NCBI RefSeq assembly: GCF_000025505.1
Contig: NC_013849.1
Coordinates: forward strand, 570,001-602,000
DNA from: Ferroglobus placidus DSM 10642
Lineage (GTDB): Archaea > Halobacteriota > Archaeoglobi > Archaeoglobales > Archaeoglobaceae
Direction: 5' to 3'
DNA: 32,000 nucleotides
Part shown: positions 5,658-15,100 of the stretch, piece after piece
Layout of the letters: each line of letters starts with the position of its first letter
How positions within the stretch are numbered: the first letter of the stretch is position 1
Notes under the pieces: model-generated
Database searches by the model: none
What the model was told of the DNA's origin: nothing
Seen by the model: the letters and a program-made list of their open reading frames with translations, nothing else
Made by a program: the position numbers and the translations under genes

Positions 5658-8600
5658 ATGAACGTGGGAAGAATTTTACTGTTGCTAACATTCGTAGCAG
5701 TTCTTGCAGCGGTTTCAGCAGCACAAGAGTACGATGGAAGCGTGGCTAAAGTTGTTATACTGAAAAACGGAGTTCCGGAGCTCTACTTTTCGAAAGGAGA
5801 CAAGGTCGAGTTCAGAGTTTACAGCTACGTGGGAGATCAGAAAGATCTCAAGCTGAAACTGTACAACTACAAGGGCGATAGATTCAAAGAAATGAGATTC
5901 TCAAAGAAAGGTGACTACTACGTCGCTTACTGGACAGCAGACAGGGAGGGATGGATTTACTACGTGATAACTTCGAGGGACAAAATCAGGAACATCTGGG
6001 GCTACATTGTTGTTGGGAACAATGATATCGGAAGCATAAAGCTTTACAAAGACGGAGTGGAGAGCGAAAGCTTCGTTCAGGGAGATTACGTTTACGTCAA
6101 AATAAAGACCACCGACAAAGACAAAGTTCGTAGAGTTCTCATAAGCAACTGGGCGGGAGATGTAAGGAGTCTGGATGGAGATGAGGTAGAGATTATTTCT
6201 TCGACCGAAAACGAGCTTTACTTCAGATTCTACCTTGGCAACTATCTAACCGAGCACCTCTATCCTGACAAGTGGGCTTCACTCAGAGTCGAAACGGACA
6301 GAGGAATAAAAGCTTCCACACCGTTCTTCTTCGGAGAAGCCGCTCCAACTCCCACTCCGACACCTACCCCTACACCGACACCCACTCCTACTCCAACGCC
6401 TACTCCCACACCGACTCCTACTCCAACGGCACAGGGAGAAGTTTTGAAACTCTCTTTCGACAGGCTTGCTGTTCTTGACGATCCGAATTCTGGCAGTGCA
6501 GCTTCGGGATTTCAGAACCCGCCTAAAAGCTGGGGCTCGGACTGGTGGTACGGGAGAGCGACAACAATTACAGCATACGCACTTGTAATGAACGGAACTC
6601 CAGTAGCAAATGCACAGGTGACGTTTAAGCTGATAGCACCTGACGGAAGCGTGAAAAAGCAGGTAACTGCATATACCGACTCAAGCGGATTGGCAAAAGC
6701 GAGTTTCGATCTAAACAATGCGAATTTCTACGGCTACTGGAAAATCGTAGCTGAAAGCGGAGCTTTAAGTGCAGAGCAAACCTTCGTTTACAACTGGTGG
6801 GGATGTGCGTGGTGTCATGGAAACGAGAAGCTGACAGACCACGGCACCTACACGCCGAAATCACCATTCGTAATGGGCTACGACTTTCACAGGAATCCGA
6901 AGAAGGGTGAGCATGTTGATCCTATAGTGGACGGCAGGTGCACGGTATGCCACCAGAGCTACGATGCAATTCCCCACGACAGCTACGCTATGCAAGGCAA
7001 AGATGCAATTAAGAACGCTCCTCCTGCCGATCAGTATCCGGCTGGTATTCACAAGGATAAGGTTCAGTGCGAAGACTGCCATGAGCAATCAACTGTTAGA
7101 TATGCCCGTCCGGAAGTTCCAGGCTGTTACGACACGTGCCATCCACTAAAGAATTTCAACCTCACGGCAATTTTCACAACCACCGGCTACTCGGTTGGAG
7201 GCTCTTACAGATCCTTCTACGCCTACGATGTTAACACGGGAGAACCTGCTAAGGCTCACACATCTCAGAAAACCGTGCCCTGCTTGAGCTGCCACAACGC
7301 AGCTCATAACAACACCAAACCTTACGTCGGAGCAGACAACAGCTACACCGAAAACGAGCAGTGCCTGAGCTGTCACGGCTACAAGCACGGAACAAGTGTA
7401 ACGAACTGTGTCGGCTGCCACGGACAGGATGCTCACCTCGTCAAAGCACCGAAGGCAGGAAACTGTATAGAGTGCCACAAAGTTGGAGGCTTCGCACCTA
7501 ACGTTGACGTTGAGGCTTTCAACATCAGCGTTCACGCAAACCTGAATGCCAATGCAGCATCTTCATCAGGCTATCCTTCGGTGGTCGGAGCATGCTGGGC
7601 GTGTCATTATAACGGAACCGAACCTCAGTCGCACGACACGGCAGCGTTTAGAAATCCGAAGAAGTGCGAAGATTGCCACCTCTCAGGAAATTACGGAGCT
7701 CCAGTTGTAGAGGAACACATCAGGTTCGGAAGGGACATAACTGTCAACACATACTGCACGGACTGTCACAGCCTTGGTGAGATGCTGAACGCCTTTAAAG
7801 ATCCAGAAGTAACCAAGAACTCTACGGTCTCCCACTATGCCAGAAAGAGGATAGATTTGAGGACGTGGGATTCGGGAATTTCAGATAACTGTTCTTACTG
7901 TCATCAGAACACGACAACAGTATTCAGTATTGTAATGAGTGATGTCTGGAGCAAAAACGTTCCGCCTCACGCGACAAACTATCCGTCTCCATCGTGCACG
8001 AACTCCACATGTCACAACTCTGGACTGATACACAGCTCAAGCTTGACGAAACCGACACTCACTGACACATACTGTCAGAACTGTCACAGCAAGCAGTTCC
8101 ACAATAATGCCATTGACTGCAGCACCTGCCACCTCGAAAATGGAATGCCGAAAAACATCCACGGAATCAAGTACCTGACTTCTTCCGGAACATTTACATC
8201 GAATCCATCGGATGCTGTGGATTGCACCTCCTGCCATCAACCCGGAAGCTCGACATCTGGAATTCTGAACGCTCCTGTCATTCCAGATCCGCTAAAGCAC
8301 TCCTCAGACAGCAGCGGTCAGAAGTGGGGCAGTTACTGGATGACAGAACTTGAATCCTGCTACTACTGTCACGGTGATACGAAACACGAAGCAAAGGCTC
8401 TTGGAAACGTTTCAAACCTGACTCTCGATCCAGCGAATGTGATGAACTCGTCAAGCCTTACGACAAGGTGGTGTTACGGCTGCCATGTTGCGGGCTATCA
8501 GTATTACATGGGAACGTCATTGAACCCGCAACCTCCTGCAATCGACGTTAACAATCTCGGAAGCGCCAACTGGCTGAACCATTCAAGCTTCGTATCGGCT

Positions 8601-10856
8601 GACAGCACGGATCAAATCTGCATCGCCTGTCACAGCCTTAACGGTAGTTACGCATTAACAACTGCTAACTACGCTCACAGCCTCGATCCGGGAACTTCTG
8701 GCGGACCTGACTGTGTTGCCTGCCACGACATCGGTGGCTTCGCACCTAACGTTGATGTCATGGCTATGAAATCCGGAACTCATGCTAATCTGAACAGCGG
8801 TGCGTACAATGCAACCAAGCTGACAGACGAAATTGACAAAGCTTGCTGGGCATGCCATGGGGATGGAAGCGAGCCCGAGAAGCATCCGACCAGTTACAAG
8901 AATCCAAAGCAGTGCGAAGACTGTCATCTCAGCGGAGCATTCAATGCTCCAGTTGTAGCTAACCACTTCTCCAACGGAGCGAGCATAAAGGTGAATTCAA
9001 CATGCGTTGATTGCCACAGCAAGAACGAAATGCTTACCGCATACAGCGACTCTTCTGTAACAGTCATGTCAGCAGTTAGCCACTACGGCAAGAAGAGAGC
9101 AGACTTACTAACGCCTTCTCAGTACGACACTTACGACGTTAAATGCTCCTACTGCCACCAGAACACAACGACAGCATTCGCAGATGTCATGAAGAGCAGC
9201 TTCAGCTATAACGTGCCGGATCACTCAGATTCTCCGAACTCGCCGAGCTGTGTAGGATTGTGCCACGGATACGGAAGAATGCACGATGAAACGCTCAGCA
9301 AGAAGTCTCTGACAACTTCCAGGATGTGTCTCGACTGCCATTCTGCGGGAGGAAAGTTCAAGCACAACGGAACTGTTGACTGCTTCGTCTGCCACATGGA
9401 TCCCTCAGATTCGATAGGCAAGGCTCAAATACACGGAATTAAGTATCTCCAGAAAGACGGAAGCTTTGTAATGTATCAGCCAGCAAATGCGGTTGATTGC
9501 TACACATGCCATGCAACCGCCAACGTATCGCAAGTGCTGACATCTTATGGCTTAACAGCTCCTCAGATTACATGGTTGGGACACTCAACCGGGCAGAAGT
9601 GGGGAGTGTACTGGACAACAGATAACCAAGCCTGCGAATACTGTCATGGTGATACCAAGCACAACACAACTGCGCTTGGTAGAATCTCTCTCATAGCAGA
9701 CACATCAACGCTCGACAGCTTGGTATGCGCAGCTTGTCATGCAACAGACTCAGCCAACTACGCCGGAGATAAATGGTCTCCAACACCGCCAAGCATTGTC
9801 GGAACGGCTATAAATGAAGAATGGGTCAGCCACGACTTCCTCGGAGGAGATTACAGAGCCTCGAACTGTGCTGCATGCCACAATCCGGATGCTGCAGACG
9901 TTACCCAGCTTGCACACGACGTTAAAGCTGCAGCTGGAGGCTGTATTCAGTGTCATGCCAACCAGAGCGTTGCTTATGTTAACGTGAATGCAATGGGAAG
10001 ACACGCCAACGTTGACGGAGATGCAAATCTTACTGACAAAGACTGCACAACCTGCCATTTCGACATAAGCGGCAAATTCTCCGCTAACTACAAACCGATT
10101 GCCGGAGTTAACGTTTACAGCTGCGAAGACTGCCACGTTAACGGTAATCCGGTTAGCGTTCCGGCAGATGTGCAGATTTCGTCCTTCCAGCACGGTCTAA
10201 ACGACTGCAAGTCATGCCACATCGTCAGTTACGGATATCACTACGCTTCTCCGCTCGGTGATGTAGCAGCACTTCCAAGCTTCAGCTCGGATTATAGAAC
10301 GAATGAAGCAACGAGGGTTAACCTGTGCAACGACTGCCACCACAGAATGAACGCTGACGATGAGCCGTTCCACGCTCCCGGAATAACTCCAGCAATGGCG
10401 GGTTACTCCTCATGCGGCAGTGGAGGGTGGTGTCATGGTGGAAGCAGAGAAACGACGGATCCGCACTACGTTAAGCAGATATATCAATCGCCGTGGTTCT
10501 CATACTCGCTGAACATGCCCGATAACGTGTCCGGAAAGTTCAATGCATCTCTAAAGATATGGACAAACAACATACAGATGCACTACGGATATTACGAGGT
10601 GATTGACAGCTTCGGCAATGTAATCCTTAGAGCGAATCTCACTCCAGATGATGGAGAATGGGGACAGAGTTACGCAAACTGGGGAAGAGACAGCATTGAA
10701 AGCTTCACGATTTCAATCGATCCGTCTGGCTGGATGCCCGGCAACTACACCGTAAAGTTCTACGTGATGAGGGACGCTCCGAAAGTCGATCCGTCGAAGC
10801 CGTACTACATGAACGGCTACATACTGACTGTGAGCAAGCAGTTTGCAGTTCAGTAA
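5658..10856 (+). CDS. Giant secreted multihaem c-type cytochrome: 33 CXXCH plus 4 spacing variants, up to 37 haems
   Basis: The signal peptide is MNVGRILLLLTFVAVLAAVSA/AQE. Next come two Ig-like beta domains, a (PT)14 linker, and a Big/MG-like domain. The haem region starts at WWGCAWCH. I counted 33 CXXCH motifs plus CYDTCH, CTNSTCH, CVGLCH and CGSGGWCH. A C-terminal Ig-like domain follows. There are no Cys residues outside haem motifs. There is no TM or C-terminal anchor. Confidence 0.95.
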   Translation: MNVGRILLLLTFVAVLAAVSAAQEYDGSVAKVVILKNGVPELYFSKGDKVEFRVYSYVGDQKDLKLKLYNYKGDRFKEMRFSKKGDYYVAYWTADREGWIYYVITSRDKIRNIWGYIVVGNNDIGSIKLYKDGVESESFVQGDYVYVKIKTTDKDKVRRVLISNWAGDVRSLDGDEVEIISSTENELYFRFYLGNYLTEHLYPDKWASLRVETDRGIKASTPFFFGEAAPTPTPTPTPTPTPTPTPTPTPTPTPTPTAQGEVLKLSFDRLAVLDDPNSGSAASGFQNPPKSWGSDWWYGRATTITAYALVMNGTPVANAQVTFKLIAPDGSVKKQVTAYTDSSGLAKASFDLNNANFYGYWKIVAESGALSAEQTFVYNWWGCAWCHGNEKLTDHGTYTPKSPFVMGYDFHRNPKKGEHVDPIVDGRCTVCHQSYDAIPHDSYAMQGKDAIKNAPPADQYPAGIHKDKVQCEDCHEQSTVRYARPEVPGCYDTCHPLKNFNLTAIFTTTGYSVGGSYRSFYAYDVNTGEPAKAHTSQKTVPCLSCHNAAHNNTKPYVGADNSYTENEQCLSCHGYKHGTSVTNCVGCHGQDAHLVKAPKAGNCIECHKVGGFAPNVDVEAFNISVHANLNANAASSSGYPSVVGACWACHYNGTEPQSHDTAAFRNPKKCEDCHLSGNYGAPVVEEHIRFGRDITVNTYCTDCHSLGEMLNAFKDPEVTKNSTVSHYARKRIDLRTWDSGISDNCSYCHQNTTTVFSIVMSDVWSKNVPPHATNYPSPSCTNSTCHNSGLIHSSSLTKPTLTDTYCQNCHSKQFHNNAIDCSTCHLENGMPKNIHGIKYLTSSGTFTSNPSDAVDCTSCHQPGSSTSGILNAPVIPDPLKHSSDSSGQKWGSYWMTELESCYYCHGDTKHEAKALGNVSNLTLDPANVMNSSSLTTRWCYGCHVAGYQYYMGTSLNPQPPAIDVNNLGSANWLNHSSFVSADSTDQICIACHSLNGSYALTTANYAHSLDPGTSGGPDCVACHDIGGFAPNVDVMAMKSGTHANLNSGAYNATKLTDEIDKACWACHGDGSEPEKHPTSYKNPKQCEDCHLSGAFNAPVVANHFSNGASIKVNSTCVDCHSKNEMLTAYSDSSVTVMSAVSHYGKKRADLLTPSQYDTYDVKCSYCHQNTTTAFADVMKSSFSYNVPDHSDSPNSPSCVGLCHGYGRMHDETLSKKSLTTSRMCLDCHSAGGKFKHNGTVDCFVCHMDPSDSIGKAQIHGIKYLQKDGSFVMYQPANAVDCYTCHATANVSQVLTSYGLTAPQITWLGHSTGQKWGVYWTTDNQACEYCHGDTKHNTTALGRISLIADTSTLDSLVCAACHATDSANYAGDKWSPTPPSIVGTAINEEWVSHDFLGGDYRASNCAACHNPDAADVTQLAHDVKAAAGGCIQCHANQSVAYVNVNAMGRHANVDGDANLTDKDCTTCHFDISGKFSANYKPIAGVNVYSCEDCHVNGNPVSVPADVQISSFQHGLNDCKSCHIVSYGYHYASPLGDVAALPSFSSDYRTNEATRVNLCNDCHHRMNADDEPFHAPGITPAMAGYSSCGSGGWCHGGSRETTDPHYVKQIYQSPWFSYSLNMPDNVSGKFNASLKIWTNNIQMHYGYYEVIDSFGNVILRANLTPDDGEWGQSYANWGRDSIESFTISIDPSGWMPGNYTVKFYVMRDAPKVDPSKPYYMNGYILTVSKQFAVQ
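6345..6428 (+). repeat. (Pro-Thr)14 linker coding repeat
   Basis: It encodes PTPTPT...PT using mixed synonymous codons (CCA/CCG/CCT/CCC, ACT/ACA/ACC/ACG), so it is not a pure microsatellite. Confidence 0.9.
6774..7376 (+). repeat. ~603-bp block near-identical to 12543-13145 in giant cytochrome 2
   Basis: The offset is constant at 5769 nt with no indels. By eye I saw roughly 15 mismatches, almost all synonymous and clustered between ~6948 and ~7135. The last ~230 bp has one mismatch, giving F to L. The block covers haem motifs 1-5 plus CYDTCH. Confidence 0.85.
7458..8705 (+). repeat. Haem module copy A (~416 aa, 10 CXXCH plus 1 CX4CH)
   Basis: It runs from GNCIECHKVGGFAPNVDVEAF to QICIACHSLNG. 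It aligns position by position with copy B: CWACH, NPKxCEDCHLSG, CxDCH, SHYxxKRxDL, CSYCHQNTTT, IHGIKYL, GQKWGxYW, CxYCHGDTKH. Confidence 0.85.
8706..9941 (+). repeat. Haem module copy B (tandem duplicate of 7458-8705, diverged)
   Basis: It runs from PDCVACHDIGGFAPNVDVMAM to SNCAACHNPD. The first Cys codons of the two copies (7464 and 8712) are exactly 1248 nt apart. A third, truncated and degenerate start (GGCIQCHANQSVAYVNVNAMGRHAN) begins at ~9942. Confidence 0.85.
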
Positions 10857-10878
10857 AAAATTTTTAAAATTTTAATTT
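10857..10878. terminator. All-A/T spacer between convergent genes; candidate bidirectional oligo-T terminator
   Basis: The wider A/T tract at 10854-10895 reads TAAAAAATTTTTAAAATTTTAATTTTTATTTTAAAATTTTTC, with T4-T5 tracts on both strands. It lies between the stop of giant 1 (10856) and the stop of the minus-strand gene (10879). Confidence 0.4.
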
Positions 10879-12003
10879 TTATTTTAAAATTTTTCTCAAC
10901 ATTGCGGCTGAAGTAATTGAGAGGATTAATACTTCCACTCCAAGTGGGCTTTCTTTTGAAGTCTTTTCGTCGTTCCAGTATTTTACGGAAAAAGTCTCGG
11001 CTGGTATTTCGCTTTTGTTTACTATAGCCAGCCATATACTCCTGTTCTCCCTGAATATGGCTGACTGGTAAGCTACGATAACTCTGTCTTTTTCTATCAG
11101 AACGCTTTTTTGGTCGCATTTGAAGTTGAAAGGCTCTTCGAGCTGAGAAATGTACTCCACATTTCTCGACAGCTTTACAGGCTTGGTCCAGTTCACACCA
11201 TCTCTGCTGCTGATAAGATATACTTCCTCGTTGCCCTCCACTGTTGACGTGTAGGCAATCCAGATTCTCTCATCATCCGCCTTGGCATCGTTGTAGAGTG
11301 TGAAGTTTAGGGGAGGCGTGGAGGTTATTCTCGCGTGATTTTTCAGCTCGTAAGGTGAATCGCCATAGGCAATGAATATGTCGTGGTTGTTGAGGAGAGT
11401 CAGATTATCTTTGTCTCCTGTAAACTTCGCGTAGTTCATCCACCATTTTCCTTTGAATTCAAACAACTTTCCGAAAATGTATTCACCGTCTGGCGGAATT
11501 ACCACTTTCGCTTCGCTCCACGTTATGAAATCACGGCTTTCTCTTACGTAAATCCCGGTGCTTCCGTTCTCTTCAGCTACGCTGTACGTCAGCCAGAACT
11601 TTCCGCTTTTATCCTGATAAAGGTGTGGATACCAGTCTATCTTTTCGCTTTCCGCAACCGGATAAGGTTCGACCCAGTTCACACCATCGTAGCTGTAGGT
11701 CGCGTATATGTCGTAGTCGAATCCGTATTTTATCGACTCCGGATTTATTATCTCGTGCTTAACGTAAACGACTCTGAAAACTCCGTTTCTGTCGATGATA
11801 AACCACGGATGATAATCTCCCTGCTTCGTTCCGGGTATTTTCACAGGAGCGCTCCAGCTTTTTAAATCCTTCGAGCTTGTTATGTATATTCCGTCGTCGC
11901 CCTTGAAGACCATCCAGTAAGTGTCGTTAAATTTTTCCAGAACCGGATAACCTCCGTTGAACAGGTATATCAGCGTAACCAGAACAGCAGCAGTCTTCAG
12001 CAT
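10879..12003 (-). CDS. Secreted BNR/Asp-box repeat beta-propeller protein (sialidase-fold-like) with a C-terminal hydrophobic tail
   Basis: The N-terminal signal is MLKTAAVLVTLIYLFNGG. There are four Asp-box-like motifs: SSKDLKSWS, SYDGVNWV, SRDFITWS, SSRDGVNWT. The C-terminus is PLGVEVLILSITSAAMLRKILK. Confidence 0.75.
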   Translation of the reverse strand: MLKTAAVLVTLIYLFNGGYPVLEKFNDTYWMVFKGDDGIYITSSKDLKSWSAPVKIPGTKQGDYHPWFIIDRNGVFRVVYVKHEIINPESIKYGFDYDIYATYSYDGVNWVEPYPVAESEKIDWYPHLYQDKSGKFWLTYSVAEENGSTGIYVRESRDFITWSEAKVVIPPDGEYIFGKLFEFKGKWWMNYAKFTGDKDNLTLLNNHDIFIAYGDSPYELKNHARITSTPPLNFTLYNDAKADDERIWIAYTSTVEGNEEVYLISSRDGVNWTKPVKLSRNVEYISQLEEPFNFKCDQKSVLIEKDRVIVAYQSAIFRENRSIWLAIVNKSEIPAETFSVKYWNDEKTSKESPLGVEVLILSITSAAMLRKILK

Positions 12004-12025
12004 GTCTTCTGCTATGGTGCGGTGG

Positions 12026-12040
12026 TATTTATACTTTTTA
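12026..12040 (-). promoter_or_regulatory. Putative TATA promoter for the beta-propeller gene (leaderless)
   Basis: The minus strand reads TAAAAAGTATAAATA. The TATAAATA centre is ~27 nt upstream of the ATG at 12003. Confidence 0.4.
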
Positions 12041-12066
12041 AGACCCTCTCTATGATAAGCATAGTA

Positions 12067-12098
12067 ATTATATACTGGGATTACCAGAAATTATATAC
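12067..12098 (+). promoter_or_regulatory. Duplicated AATTATATAC TATA-like boxes upstream of giant cytochrome 2
   Basis: AATTATATAC occurs at 12067-12076 and again at 12089-12098. The distal copy is suitably spaced for a short leader containing GGGGTG (12099-12104), 6 nt before ATG 12111. Confidence 0.3.
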
Positions 12099-12110
12099 GG
12101 GGTGAATCCA

Positions 12111-15100
12111 ATGAAAACCCGCTTTTTAACTGAGGTAGCTTTATCAATTTTGCTTCTACTTGTAATCATCCCGATCACTGAGGCTCAGGAATTTAATGTA
12201 AAACTCTCTCTCGACAGGCTTGTTGTTCTTGACGATCCGAATTCTGGCAGTGCCGCTTCGGGATTTCAGAACCCGCCTAAAAGCTGGGACTCGGACTGGT
12301 GGTACGGAAGGGCAACGACGATAAAGGCGTACGCTGTAGTTCTTGGAGAAGAAGGTGCTTTGTCGGGTGTTCAGGTAACTTTTAGACTTATAAACCCGAA
12401 CGGTAATGTCGAATACACCACCACAGCAACGACCAACGCTGCGGGAATTGCGGAATTCGAATACGATATGAACAACAAGAATTACTACGGCTACTGGAAG
12501 GTTGAGGCTGAGGTAACCCTCGACGGAGTTACAAAGAGGGCGGAGCAAACCTTCGTTTACAACTGGTGGGGATGTGCGTGGTGTCATGGAAACGAGAAGC
12601 TGACAGACCACGGCACCTACACGCCGAAATCACCATTCGTAATGGGCTACGACTTTCACAGGAATCCGAAGAAGGGTGAGCATGTTGATCCTATAGTGGA
12701 CGGCAGGTGCACGGTGTGCCACCAGAGCTACGATGCAATTCCGCACGACAGCTACGCTATGCAAGGAAAAGATGCAATTAAGAACGCTCCTCCTGCCGAT
12801 CAGTATCCGGCTGGTATTCACAAAGATAAGGTTCAGTGCGAAGATTGTCATGAGCAATCGACGGTCAGATATGCTCGCCCTGAAGTTCCAGGCTGTTATG
12901 ACACGTGCCATCCACTAAAGAATTTCAACCTCACGGCAATTCTCACAACCACCGGCTACTCGGTTGGAGGCTCTTACAGATCCTTCTACGCCTACGATGT
13001 TAACACGGGAGAACCTGCTAAGGCTCACACATCTCAGAAAACCGTGCCCTGCTTGAGCTGCCACAACGCAGCTCATAACAACACCAAACCTTACGTCGGA
13101 GCAGACAACAGCTACACCGAAAACGAGCAGTGCCTGAGCTGCCACCTCAACGGTCAGCACTCCACAACAAATCCTGTTGATTGTGTTGACTGCCACAGTC
13201 AGGATGCCCATTCAATAAAGGTTGTGAAGAAGGGAGGAGGCTACGATTCTCCCTCTTCGAGCAATTCAGTACTTAAAAAGGATTGCGAGGAGTGTCACGT
13301 TTCAACAACCGGGAGCTTTTTCGAATCAAAAGGATACTCACCGAGGACTGACAGCTTTGGCAATAGCATAGCGAAGCACGCCGGAAAAGTTGATTGCAAA
13401 GACTGTCATGGAGATGAGAGCAGATTCCACAGAATAGCTTATCTGAGTTCTGACGGTAGTTTTGCTGACAAGCAGAGTGCATCGTACTGCTTCGACTGTC
13501 ACACGAATTCCGGAGCAAATTCTTACATAGAATCTAGAGGATACTATCCGCTAGCTATAACTTCCTTCCAGCATGGAAACGCGAGCTACGATGGTAAAAA
13601 CTGGGGCACTTACTGGAGTTCAGACAGAGAAGCATGTTACTACTGCCATCAGAGGTCTCCGCATGGAGATGTTAAAGGCAACGTTTCTGGACTGGATGTT
13701 AAAGCGGATTTATCTGGAAAAGCCTGTGCCGCATGTCACGTTAAAAGCTATTCGGGCTATATCGGAGACAGGTTGAACCCCGAACCTCCTGCAATTGACG
13801 TGAACAACACCGGCAGAGCTAAAAATTCAGCTGGAGAGGAATGGTATAACCATACGAGGTATCTTGAAGACTACAACGATGCAACGTGTTTTGGCTGTCA
13901 CGCACCTTCTCCGGACTTTCCGAGGGACTTCTACGCATTCGTCCACAACGTGGAAGAGGGATTAAGACCGGGGGCTGATTGCGCTTCTTGCCACGATCTG
14001 AACGAAAGACCGCCGAAAAGAGTGGATGTTTCAGCTTTTTCAAATTCGGTGCACGCCAATCTCAACAGCAACGCCTTAAACAGCACACCGGTAAATCCGC
14101 TGAGTAAAGCATGCTGGCTGTGTCATGGCGATGGGACTGAGCCGTCGGATCATCCCGACAACTATAAGAATCCGAAGAAGTGCGAAGATTGCCACCTCTC
14201 AGGAAATTACGGAGCTCCAGTTGTGGAGGAGCATATAAAGAGTGGAAAGCATGTTAAGGTTTCGGCGGAATGCTGGGACTGTCACGGCATTTCCGAGATG
14301 GTTGTTTTAAACTCGGACGAAGAAGGATCGAGTAAGGCTTTCGCAAGTCATTACGCGAAGCTGAGACAGGACTTATGGGTAAGAGGGTATTCGGGGGATG
14401 TCGGTCTGGATTGCTATTACTGTCACCAGAACGCAACATCGGCATTTAAAGCAGTAATGAAGAACGAGAATCACACCTACATGCCGGATCACGGTCTGAA
14501 TGACAGATCTTGTTGGGCTTGTCACGGGTTGGAGATGCATGTAAGATTGGACAAGCCTTCGGTTTCAAACACTTACTGCAAATCCTGTCATTCAGGCTAC
14601 GAGCTGCACAACGGAACTGTCAGCTGTTACGTCTGTCACATGGACGGAAGCGATACCACATACGACTCACCAAAAGCCCAGATTCACGGAATAAAGTACC
14701 CGTCTGCAAACGGCTACACTTCAGTAAAAAGCAAGGGGTGCTACGGATGCCATACGGGCAAGCTGAGCAAATCCACAAATGCCTGGGGAGTTTCTGTTCC
14801 AACAATTCCCGAATTCAGCCACAGCAACTATCCAAATAACGGAACGAGGTGGGGAGATTACTGGAATAGCGTTGATGATGCTTGCATATACTGTCACACC
14901 CCTGCCGTTCACAGCTCGAATTTGAAAGGAAACGTTTCGATTGTTAAAGGTTCGAACAGCTACAGAGCAGATTTAGCAAACTCATACTGGTGTTCCGCGT
15001 GCCACTACTCCTCGTACTCAGGATACAAAGGAGATTCCCTCAATCCTACGCCTCCTGACATCGCATCCTATTCAACCCCCTCAGACGGCATAAAGTGGTT

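Noticed and set aside
6512-10193. Multiple antisense or off-frame ORFs inside giant cytochrome 1 (e.g. 6512..6718-, 6861..7088-, 7146..7535-, 8655..8966-, 9750..10193-, 6272..6478+)
   Set aside because: They lie entirely within a 1732-aa frame with 37 regularly spaced haem motifs and no stray Cys. Their sequences are low-complexity with no recognisable motifs. Several recur in giant 2 only because the underlying DNA is duplicated.
11383-11865. Plus-strand ORF antisense to the beta-propeller gene
   Set aside because: It lies inside a CDS with four Asp-box motifs and a signal peptide, and it has no motifs of its own.
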